Origin: Geosiphon pyriformis uo1
Lineage: Eukaryota > Fungi > Glomeromycota
Assembly: GCA_016748015.1 (NCBI GenBank)
Contig: JAAOMT010000435.1
Coordinates: 124,001-188,000, forward strand
DNA length: 64,000 nt
Direction: 5' to 3'
Shown here: in pieces, positions 1 to 12,126 of the stretch
Layout: each line of letters opens with the position of its first letter
Position numbering within the stretch: position 1 is the stretch's first letter
Translations under genes and position numbers: made by a program
Notes under the pieces: model-generated
What the model saw: only the letters and a program-made list of their open reading frames with translations
Databases searched by the model: none
What the model was told of the DNA's origin: nothing

Positions 1-3000
1 AAATTGAATTTGAAAAACTTGAAGCAACAGAAGAAATTGAAACAACACCCATCTATCTCATCAAAAATCAGTCTGTCTTACAATTCAAATACTTCAACAA
101 CAATAGACAAGGAATAAAATCTGAAAAAGCACATGAAATTGATGCTAGATATGATCTAAGATATCCAGACCAGGATACTCTTGTTCTTAAACTCAAATCT
201 TTTACAAAAATCAACCTCAAAATTGCTTTCGAAATCCCGCCAGGAGCAATGATTCAAATTGCTTTTCAGTCCTCTCTGGCAAGCAAAGGAATCAATGTCA
301 GAGGAGAAATAATCGATGCTGGATATACTGGTGACATAACAGTAATACTCCAAAACAAAACTGACAAGCCATTTAAAATTGAACATGCCAAGAAAATTGC
401 CCAAGCCATTTATTTACCCTTAATCAACATTTCAGGTTTACAATTAGTCAATCAAAGAGAATTATTGGGAAAAAGTGAAAGAAGAACCCAAGATTTTGGT
501 TCAACTGGATAATTTACAGTTTCAGTAAACATAGCCCTCAATGAACAGAAAGAATCTCACCAGATTTTATGACTTCTACAACCAATTACCATTTCACTCT
601 TTGGAAAACACCCTGAAATTTACACTTGTGAAAAGCCAACAACCACACAACAAATTTTTGAGTCCAACAAACAAATTTGCTTAAAACATAATATCTCAAT
701 CCCAAACATTTATATTCCAGAAAGAACAAAAAAAATCTGAGTTACTTTTTACAATTCCAACAATTTCCCCATAGTTTTATTAAATAACTTAGAAATTGGA
801 GTTATTCACAGTAATATCTTTCAACAAAAACTACCCCAAATAGTTCCCAATTTCTTGGAAATCATTGGACATTCATTACCAAAAATCAACCCAAACCCCA
901 GCTCTGAAAACTACCATGTTATTATGAAAAAACTATATCAAATCAATATGGGACAACTTGAACCACAACAACAGAGCCAGCTCAAAGAACTAATTGTAGA
1001 ATTTGCCAATATCTTTGCCAAAAACAACAATGACTTAGAAAAAACTGATTTGGTTCAACACCAAATCTATACAGGAGATGCCAAACCAAGACGACAGTAA
1101 GCCTACTGAGTTGCTCCAAAAAGTCACCAATTTATCCACAAAAAAGTACAATAGATGTTTAACAATGGGCTTATTCAACCATTAATAAGTCCATGGGCTT
1201 CACCTGTGGTCTTAGTTAAAAAGAAAAATGGAAAGATACAATTTTGTGTTGATTATTAACAACTTAACAGTGTTATCATTGGAGATGCCTACCCTTTTCT
1301 CTGAATTGATGACATGCTAAATGCTCTTGGGAAGTCCAAATACTTTTTGACATTAGATTTAGAGAGTGAATACTGACAAGTTGCCATGGATCCCAAAGAT
1401 TGCCCCAAAACAGCATTTACTACTCAAGGAGGAAATTACAAGTTCAATGTAATGCTTTTTGAATTATGCAATGCACCAGCAATATTTCAAAGACTCATGG
1501 ATGTTGTTTACAAAGACCTCCTTTGGAAATCAGTAGTTGTCTATCTCGATGATACTGATGTTTATTCACTATCTTTTGAATTACACTTAAAACACCTGCA
1601 TAAAGTTTTTCAATAATTACGGAAAGCAGGATTGAAACTAAACATCAAAAAATGCCACTTCAGAAAAACGAGTTTGGCCTTTCTTGGTTACATTGTTAGC
1701 AAAGATGGAATTAAACCAGATCCCAGAAAAATCAGCACTGTCAAAAACTTTAAGACTCCAAGAAATACCACAGAATTAAGAGGATTTATTGGATTAGTAT
1801 CCTATTACCAAAAATTTATTAAAGGATTCTCAGAAATTGCAAAACCCTTTAACCAGCTCACTACTAAAAATGTCGAATACAAATGGATGAAAAAACACCA
1901 AAAAGCTTTTGAAATTCTCAAGGAAAAGCTGACAACAGCTCCAATTCTCACCTACCCAGACTTCAGTAACCGATTTCGACTAGCTACAAATGCTTTTTAC
2001 ACTGTCTTTGGTGTCATTTTATCACAATTAAATAACAACAGAAATGAGCAAGTAATCGCTTATACTAGCAGAACATTAAAACCAGCCGAGAAAAACTACT
2101 CTGCCACAGAACTAGAAACAGCAGCCGTAATTTGGGCCTTACACCACTTCAACCTTTATCTTAGGCCTAAAAAATTTGACATTATCACTGATAATATTGG
2201 ACTCAAATGGCTTCAAAATAAAAACACTCAGCTGAATGTCAAACAAACCCGATGGACAGGATTTTTAGCCAACTACTGATACATTGTATACCACAAACCA
2301 GGAAAACTCCATACCAACATTGATTGTCTCTCAAGAATAAAGCAAGATTAGAATACAAAACCAACACCCATTTGAATTAACAACAAAACAACAAACAATA
2401 AACTCTGAAAACTACAACAATCTTAAACAATATTTGGAGACATTAACAATCCCAACAGATTGGTTCTCAGATAAAAAACATTAGTTACAACAACAAGCCA
2501 AAAAATACTTCTTATACAACAACATAATTTATTATTGAAACTTCAGAAACTCAAACAATCCACTCAGATTAATACAAGAACATGAAAAAGAAATCATTTT
2601 ATATAACATGTACTCAGACCCTTTATCAACACACCTAGAAAAATACAGCACCACCCAGAAAACATTAGAATATTACTTTTGGCCTCAAATGAAAAAAGAC
2701 ATTCATGAATACGTTAAGTCTTGTGATAGTTGTCAAAGAAAAGGAGGAACTTGCTCTACAGAACCTTTAAACCCAATCAAAGTTGGACAGCCTTTTGACT
2801 GAGTTGGTATTGATTTAGTCAGATTACTACCTATCACAAACCAAGGAAACCGTTATATTGCAGTAGCTATAGACTATCTCACCAAATGGCCTGAAGCCAG
2901 AGTCATTCAACAAGCAGATGCGAAATCAGTAGCAAACTTCATCTACGAAAACATCATTTGTAGACATAAATGCCCAATAAAACTTTTATTTGATCAAGGA

Positions 3001-3581
3001 ACACATTTTGTGAACAATTTAATGTCAAGAGATCATTATTTTTGTCCTACCATCTACAAACAAATGAACTTGTAAAACGTTTCAACAGAACATTGTGTGA
3101 ATCATTAGCCAAAGTCTCAACTGATTTTGAACAAGAATGGGATCTCTTTATTCCATCAGTGTTACTAGCATATAGAACACTAAAACAAGATACCACAAAA
3201 CACATACTATTTGATTTAATCTATAGAAGAACAGCAATGTTACCAATTAGTTTTACAATAGAAACATATCCAGTACAACCAATTAATAAAGACAACTTTC
3301 AGAAAACACTACAACAAAGAGCCTATACTCTGCTTAGCATATTGAAAGGAAAACAACAAATAGCACCCATCTATATTAAACACTTCCAAGCTCAACAAAA
3401 AGAATGGCATGACAATAAATTGCCCCCAGTTATCAATGAATTTAAAATTAGAAACAAAGTTCTCTTACACAGAACTAAAGCTGAAAAACAATGGAGTGGA
3501 AAATTTGAAAATAAATGGGATAAACCATTCTTTATCCATGAAGTCTTAGGCAACGGATTATACAAGCTAAGACTTAACTAA
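1..3581 (+). mobile_element. Ty3/Gypsy pol remnant (dUTPase-RT-RNase H-integrase), pseudogenised; starts upstream of the window
   Basis: dUTPase motifs (DARYDLRYP, GEIIDAGYTGDI, KIAQAI, RRTQDFGSTG; ~120-512). RT (SPWASPVVLV, KTAFTT, NAPAIFQR, YLDD at ~1540). RNase H (NYSATELETAAV, IITDN). Integrase (CDSCQR zinc finger, DQGTHF, RFNRTL). Many in-frame TAA/TGA/TAG. Confidence 0.95.
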
Positions 3582-6500
3582 AAAAATTGACCAACTCACA
3601 AAAAAGGTTGAAAATTATTTTACCAACCAACAAAAACAGCAACAACCACAAAGATATCAACCACTCCAATGATACAATCAAAATAATTATCCTTTATCAT
3701 CCAACAATCAACCACAAAGCTGTTATTATTGTGGAATTTTAGGACATTAGAAATGAAATTGTAGAAAAATGCAAAAAAACCAACAAACCAAAAATAATCA
3801 ACATTATTTCCAACATCAACAGTCCTACTACCATTTTTCATCATTAGTATATTACTTACCAAGACCACAATATCAGAATACTTATTACCAACCAGTCTTA
3901 CAATCAATACAACAGCAATTTCTACAAATTCAACAATATCAGCCACTATCTACACAACAATACCAAGTATTTGTCTGAAGATTGATTCAGCAAAACCAAT
4001 TTACACTTCAAAATCAATTTTAGAATAATAACAACAGAATCAATTCAAACAACTAGTTGGTTCTCTAAAATTCTGGTCAGCAAAAACCCAATCACTACTA
4101 CACTCAATCCAGCTATTTTATAATGCCTAAATCGAATTTTCAGCAAACTGCACTTTCTAAAAGTAAAGCTGCAGCACCAAAATCAAATTTTTTTAACAAT
4201 ACTATTCTACCAGTTCAAATTACTCAAAATGCCAACCTCTCAGATATATTTCTATTTGAATTTGAAGCCAATAAATCACCATTCTTGCTTAGCAATACAG
4301 TAGTTAATAAGCAAAAAGCAATTACTGCTATGTATACTAAAGCTGAAATAGAAGAAAAACAAATCCACTTAATTCTAGATAATAGATCTATTGGGAGCAT
4401 TATTACTTATTAACTGATGTAACAGCTTGGAAAAAACGTTGATAGACTAGCTTAAACTGTAATTGTTATAGCTAATAGCATGAAGAAAACTCCAGTAGAA
4501 GAAATTAACAACTTCTTATTTATTGTTAATAGAATTACCATTTTAGTTAAAGTTTTAGTCATGAATGCACCCTAATATTAAGCTTTTGTTAAAAATAATT
4601 GGCTTTTCAAAGCCAATACAAATCTAGATTGAGAAACCCAAAAACTAAAAATTTCATATCAAAAACAATACACCAGAGTACTTGCTATCTGTGATACTTT
4701 TAATAAACAATTTAAAAAAGCCCAGTATTTGAATTTGAAGAGAAAAAAAAAATGCCAATTACTGAAACATATATGGCTTTTGGATCAACATCCAATTGGG
4801 CTGAAGAAACAGAACAAGAAATTTTTGAAGAAACCAAAAGATAGAATGTTGTTTGATACTTTACATTAAAACTATAGAAACAACTACCTTATATTCTACT
4901 TAAATATAAAGATTGCAAGAAAAAATGTTCATCAATGGAAGCATGTATTTTCCCAGAAGAAGAATATGAAATTTGCATCTGTTATTTTTATAAAGCATAC
5001 CATAGAGAATGATTTGGATATCTCAAATAAAGTAGAAAATAAAACAACACTCTTTGTCTCACATGTGAAAACATACTACCAAAAAAATGCAATTGAATTG
5101 ATGTTGCAATAAAAAGAGGAATATGTGATCAAATCTGCGAATATGTTCTATTAATCTTGGAAAAAATTAAAAGAGAAACACTATTTAATGTAGCATACAA
5201 CAGTGCTCTTAACAAATTCTACCATTATTTTTATGATGCTAAAATAATCTTTGATTTAACAATAACTTTAATTAATATACCCATACAGAAAGATGTTTGC
5301 CAAATGAAAAAAGCTGAGTACATTGAATACACAATAAAATTAGCTAGATTCAACTATAAAAATAAAGTAGAAACATACTACCAAATTGCAAGCCACACTT
5401 ATTCAACTTAAGAAGCTCAAATTCAATGATTAGAGCAAATAAACATTCAATTATGTAAAGAATGCATTATGTCTTGTGATAATAAATGGTGTCCAAAATG
5501 CTATGCTTTTAGTATTTTCTTATTTAGCAAAGATAACCAGAAGAAAATTGAGTTTGGAGAACTTGAGCCAAAAAAAAAATTGCAACAATTCCAATTTATT
5601 TTACTAAAAATCAACCAATTCTACAACTCAAATATTTCAACAACAATGGTTAAGGAATCAAGCCAAAAAAAGTCCATAATATGGATGTTGAATATAATTT
5701 ACAATATCCAAAAAAAGATACTTTGATTCTCTAACCAAAATCTTTAACAAAAATTAACCTTAAAATTGCTCTTAAAATTTTACCAGAAGCAATAGTTCAA
5801 ATTGCTTCTTAATTATCCCTAGTCAGCAAAAGAATCAACATTAGAGAAGGAGTTATAAATACAGAATATACTGAAAACATTACTATTATACTACAAAATA
5901 AAACTGAAAAATCATTCAAAATAGAACATGCTGAAAAGATTGCTTAAGCAATTTATTTACTCTTAATTAATATTTTAGAATTGCAATTAGTTAATAACAA
6001 AAAAAATTAGGCAAAAATGAAAGAGGAATACAGGATTTTGATTCAACTAGATAATTTACAGTTCTAGTAAATATAGCTCTCAATATACAGAATAAATCTT
6101 ACCAGATTCTTTAACTTCCTCAATCAATTACTATTTTATCTTTTAAAAAACATTATGAAATTTACACTTGTTTAAAACCCATTATTACTCAACAAATTTT
6201 TGAATCCAATAAACAAATCTGTTTAAAGCATGAAATCTCAATTCCAAACGTTTATATTTCTAAAGAAATAAAGAAATTTCAAGTTACATTTTACAATCCT
6301 AAAAATTATTTTATTGTTTTATTAAATAAATTAAAAATTGAAATCATATATAGCAACATCTTCCAAAATGAAAACTCTTAAATTGTCTTTAATTTTATCA
6401 AAATTATAAGACATATTCTACTTTCTAATCCAAACATTATTGCTATTATTGAAAACTACCACCTTATAGAAAAAAATTTTCTCAAATCAACATAAGTCCC

Positions 6501-7166
6501 TTAGAACTTCAACAACAAAGACAATTAAAACAGTTAATAGCTGAATTTGTTAACATATTTGCAAAAGATAACAATAATTTGGAAAAAACTAATATTGTTC
6601 AACATTAAATTCACACAAGAAATATTTCACCAAAATGACAACAAATCTATTAAGTTTTATCTGCTAGCCACCAATTTATCAGAGAAGAGGTCCAAAAAAT
6701 GCTTAATAATGGATTGATCTAATTATCAAGAAGTTCATGAGCCTTACCAGTAGTTCTTGTCAAAATAAAAAATAAAAAAATCAGATTTTGTGTTGATTAT
6801 TGACAATTGAATAGTGTCAAAATTAAAGATATTTATCCTCTTCTAAAAATTAATAACATGCTAGATGCTCTAAAAAAAGCCAAGTTTTTCTCAACTTTAG
6901 ACTTGGAAAGTGAATACTGACAAGTTAAAATGAACCCAAAAAATTGTTCCAAAATAGCATTTACTATTCAAAGAGAAAACTATGAATTCAATATTATGCC
7001 TTTTGAATTCTGCAATGCACCAACAACATTTTAGCAACTTATGGATGTTATATATGAAGGACTCTTATGACAATTAGTAATTGTCTAATTTGATGATACT
7101 AATATGTACTTACCAAGCTTTGAAGCTTATTTTATCTACTTGTAAGAAATTTTTCAATGATTATGG
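3582..7166 (+). mobile_element. Second Gypsy internal region: gag C-terminus, protease, Cys-rich domain, dUTPase, partial RT
   Basis: Zinc knuckle CYYCGILGH*K*NC (3721-3762). Protease-like LILDNRSIGSII (~4370). Cys-rich stretch ~4890-5510. 5550-7166 is colinear with 1-1620. Truncated at an LTR. Confidence 0.9.
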
Positions 7167-7915
7167 TGTTACAAATAATTATTTGGGATCTCAAATCAAA
7201 TAACAAACCCATAACTTGGTGCTTAATTGATAAACTGGTTAGTATTATCTAAAAGTTTTGGTAATCTGAAGATTTTGTGGTTAAGTCTTTTGTATAATAG
7301 ACCGAGATTCAGTTGTAATTATTTTGTAGCTTTCTGGAATTGCAATTCCATCCAATTTTTTTCTTAGCTTGGTAGCTGGTTTTATTTTAGCAGTCATGCT
7401 CTTCTAATAAACTATTCATTAATATATATATAATGTTACTCTTATTTTTGGATCTTTTATCAGACTATTTATAATGTCAATAACTCAGTGCTTAATCCTT
7501 AATCAATTAGTAATAATAAAAAATAATAAAAGAAAAGAAATAAAATAAAGAAAAATAAAAAAATAAACCAAGGCAATAAATGTTAGTATCTCATCAATAG
7601 CCATAATCAAGAGCTATTGTTCCTATATGGTTAAGTATTAGTTACTATCAACATAAAGTGTTGATAGTGGAGAATGGATTGAAATAGCAAATAATTATTT
7701 ATTAATAATTGTATATAGAAAAGTTGCTTAGATTAAATCTAAAACTAAAAGGTCTGTTTTTTTTTACTTCTAATACTACTGCTATATATACATAATTGAG
7801 ATTCCTCAATTCCTCAATTTTTTACACCAGGAATCTTGGAATTCCATATTTACTATATCTACTTTTGATTGGCTAATTTATATATTAATATATTTTCTAT
7901 ATTCTATGAGTAACA
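7167..7915 (-). mobile_element. Solo LTR, family A
   Basis: Ends TGTTAC...GTAACA. The reverse complement matches both ends of the LTRs at 35746-36668 and 39025-39919. 4-bp TSD ATGG at 7163-7166 and 7916-7919. Confidence 0.85.
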
Positions 7916-7919
7916 ATGG

Positions 7920-8888
7920 TGTTACCAGTAAAATTTTAGCTATTAATTGGCATGAAATTATTTTCGTAATTTCTATTATGAATTAGCATATACTATAATT
8001 ATTTCGATTATTACTTATTATTTAATCAAATTATCAAATATTATTACTCAATCAATAATCTGATTTGTACTATAAAAATTAAGATAATCAAATTACACAA
8101 TACCCTGAACTATTTAATATAGTCAAAATTGGCCGAAATTAATAAAAATTGGCCGAAATAATCAATAGTTCAGTGAAATAACTTGTTGTTTGCCAAAATG
8201 TATCTTTAGTTTACCAAAATTAGAGCAAAAAAAAAGTGCAAGTTCAAAGACTAGTACTATAACAAGTTGTATAAAAAAAGAGCTTTTTTCTTCAAAAAAA
8301 TGTATCTTCTTATAGTATTTTATCATAGTATCTTACTTTAGATATCTTAATTATAACAAATTACCTTTTACAAAATCAAATAAAAATTAAATATTCGAAA
8401 ACCAAATTCTTAAAATTATTATACTTGAAATTCTCTTAATACAACTAACGTTTTGAAATTGATTAGCTACCAATCTCAGTAATCTGTTAATGACTCCAGG
8501 CCTGAATAGAAAACGTTTTCCTTGACACAATTCTATTTCTTTTATATTTTTTTTATATTTTTTTATTTTCTTATTATAATCATTAGGGCAGCCTATAGAC
8601 AAAATTTCTGTAGAAGAGTTGACTTTCACAGCAAAGTAATTACACATTTTAGTAAACTTCCAGATAAGCAATTCTTGAAAAAGAGTTGATGTTTACTACA
8701 ATATAACTACACAAAATAACTGACATAAAATTGGTTATTCCACTTATAAGCCCAACAGTTCAAATTATAGGAGATAATTTGAAGATAAATTCAGTTATTG
8801 GAGGTTTAACCATTTCTGGAAAACGTGAATATATAACAAACAGACATTAACAACATTCAAGAAAAGAGACCAAAAACCTCTAGTAACA
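7920..8888 (+). repeat. 5' LTR, family B
   Basis: TGTTAC start, GTAACA end, followed by the PBS. Aligns over its full length with 11161-12126. Confidence 0.9.
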
Positions 8889-11160
8889 TTTGGTGCTCTT
8901 CTACAGAAATAACACAGCAATAATAATTTCAAAGTAATGACCACACCAGACACAACAATTCTAAAGTATTATCAGTCAATTTACACCCACTGCAAGCAAA
9001 GATTCAACATCCCAAACGGAATTGAAGTTGTCAAAAAATCAGTATACCAATACATTAAAAACTGCATCAACAATTATCTTTTTAGAAACTACAATATTTC
9101 AGAAGTTAGAAACAACTTCTACAATAATTTATTGTACTATTTACAATTAGGAACTGAAGATCTTAACAGTGAAACACTTGCCATTTACTTTTAAGAACTT
9201 AACTTTAACATTATTCAGTATTGTAAAGAAAAATATCCAGTACAATCCAAATACTTTCTTGACTTTAAATTAGAAACAGAAACAAGCAACAAAGACAAAC
9301 AAAAAGTAAAACAATACTTAAAAACCATCCCAAACACTCCAATACTATTAAAAACAACTGTCAAACACTTGCAAACACCTGAACAAGAAACCAGTATCAA
9401 ATTATCACTTTTTATTACACTAAAGCCATCCAAAAAGCAAATACAAAATCAGTAGCAAATTTCATCTATGAAGATATTATTTGTAGACATAGATGCCTAA
9501 TTAAACTTTTATTTGATCAAAAAACACATTTTGTAAACAACTTAATACAAAAAATTTGTGAATAATTCAATGTCAAAAGATCTTTATTATTACTTTATTA
9601 TTTCCAAACAAATAAACTTGTAGAATGTTTCAACAAAACATTGTGTAAATTTTTAGCCAAAGTCTCAACTGATTTTGAGCAGAAATAGAATATATTTATT
9701 TCATCAGTATTACTAGCATATAGAACACTAAAACAAGATACTACAAAACATATACTATTTAACCTAACTTATGAGAGGACAGCAATATTACCAATTAATT
9801 TTACAGTAGAAACATACCCAGTGCAACCAATCAATGAAAAAAACTTTCAAAAAACACTTTAAAGAAAAATCTACATCCTTCTTAGTACACTAGAAAAAAA
9901 CAAACAAATAACAGCCACTTATATTAAACATTCTTAAACTTAATAAAAAAAAGACATAACAATAAACTGCCACCAATTACCAACAAATTTAAAGTTGAAA
10001 ATAAAGTTCTCTTATATAGAACTAAAATTGAAAAACAATGGAATAGAAAATTTGAACATAAATAGGATAGAACATTTTATATTCACGAAATCTTAGACAA
10101 TAGATCATACAAATTAAAACTTGATAACAAAATACTAACAAAAGTTGTACATAAAGATTAATTGAAACACTATTATTCCAAAAACAATCCTGAACTATTA
10201 ATTTCACAAATTAGTACACATTCTTTTTTAATTAATTCTGAAAAAATTTCCTGAAATTTAGAACTAATAGTTATAATAAAACAACAACCAAACTTGAACA
10301 CTTAATTTAATATTTTTATAATAATTTTTTTAATAATACACAAAACATAAAAACAAAAATAGTAAATAATTACAAAAACATCCAAATCCAAAAACAAATA
10401 AAACTCAATATCCCAAAAATTATTTTTTTTATTTTTTTTCAAAATTTTATTTCTTAGTTAGTCATTTTTATTATAATTATTCCCCAAAATATTCAACAAA
10501 TATTCCAAAAATTAATGTTAGCCTTGAAAATACTTCTTGACTTATCCATAACAATTAATAGAAATCAAATTAATTATATTTAGAAAAAGACCACAGCTTT
10601 AGTAGTAAACAATTTACAAAATTATAACTCTTATAGAAGAAACATAAGAAGTTATTCTGAAAGTCAACTATTAGAACTTTTAAAACAAGCTTTAAAAGAA
10701 AATCTTTTATTTGCTCTTATTGATATTTTACCAAATGCCACAACTCAACAAAAATTTTTACTACTTTTAAATGAACAAAACACTGAACATATCCTTATCT
10801 ATAGATATTTTCATATTGGAAAAACATTTTATGAACAAAAACTGGAACTTATAACAACAAATCTTACTCCTGAAACTATATAAAAACAAATTTACAATGA
10901 ATTCAAGGCAGCAGCTGAACCAGTAAACACTTACTATAAACTTAGAGCAGTATTTAAACTTCACAATTTATTCAATACTTGTAAAAATGTCTTACAAAAT
11001 CCAATACTTTACCCAATAAAGATTTAATACATTGGAAAGTTCACAGAACTGAAATTTCAACAATTTTCAGACCAGATTATTTTAATTATTTTGGACCACT
11101 ATCTTAATATTACAGATAATGCTTGGACTTTAATAAAGCTCAGTTTTGAAGAGAGGATTA

Positions 11161-12126
11161 TATTATTAGTAGAATTTTAGCTATTAATTAGCATGAAATT
11201 ACCCTCATAATTTCTATTATTAATTAGTATATATTATTATTATTGCAATTATTACCTATTATTTAATCAAATTATCAAATTATTAAAATATTATTATTCA
11301 ATTAATAACTTGATTTATACCATAGAAATTAAAATAATCAAATTACACAATACTCTGAACCATTTAATATTCAAAAATTTGCCGAAATTGACAGAAATTG
11401 GCCGAAATAATTAATAGTTTGTAATAACTTGTAGTTTGCCAAAATGTATCTTTAGTTCACTGAAATTGTAACAAAAAAAAAGTGCATGTTTAAAGATTAG
11501 TATTATAACAAGTTGTATAAAAAAAGAGCTTTTTTCTTCAAAAAAATATATCTTATTATAGTATTTTACTTTAGATATCTTAATTAGAACAAAATTATCT
11601 TTTATACACTTTAAATAAAAATTAAATATTCGAAAACCAAATTCTTTAAAATTATTACACTTGAAATTCTCTCAACACAACTAACATTTTGAAATTGATT
11701 AGCTACCAATTTCAATAATCTGTTAGTGACTTCAGACCTAAATAGAAAACAATTTTTTTGACAAAATTTTATTTTGTTTACATTTTTTTTATTTTTTTTT
11801 ACTTTTCTTATTATAATAATTAGAGTAGCCTACAGACAAGATTTTTGTAAAAAAGTTGACTTTTATAGCAAAATAACTACACATTTTAATGAGCTTCCAG
11901 ATGAGCAATTTCTGGAAAAAAGTTGATATTTACTACAATATAACTACACAAAATAACTGGCACAGAATTGGTCATTCTATTTATAAGCTCCAACAATTCA
12001 AATTATAAGAGATAATTTGAAGATAAATTTAGTTATTGGAGGTTCAACTACTTCCAAAAAACATGAATTTATAACAAACAAACATTAACAATATTCAAAA
12101 AAAGAGACCAAAAACCTCTAGTAACA
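11161..12126 (+). repeat. 3' LTR, family B
   Basis: Preceded by the PPT. Start is mutated to TATTAT; ends GTAACA. Confidence 0.9.

Larger units (their letters stand above)
7920..12126 (+). mobile_element. Internally deleted Gypsy element, LTR family B (non-autonomous)
   Basis: Direct repeats 7920-8888 and 11161-12126. PBS TTTGGTGCTCTT at 8889 and PPT GAAGAGAGGA at 11148-11157. The gag 5' part (8937-~9420) is fused to the integrase core (~9420-10250), followed by a decayed 3' ORF (10515-~11150). Confidence 0.9.
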
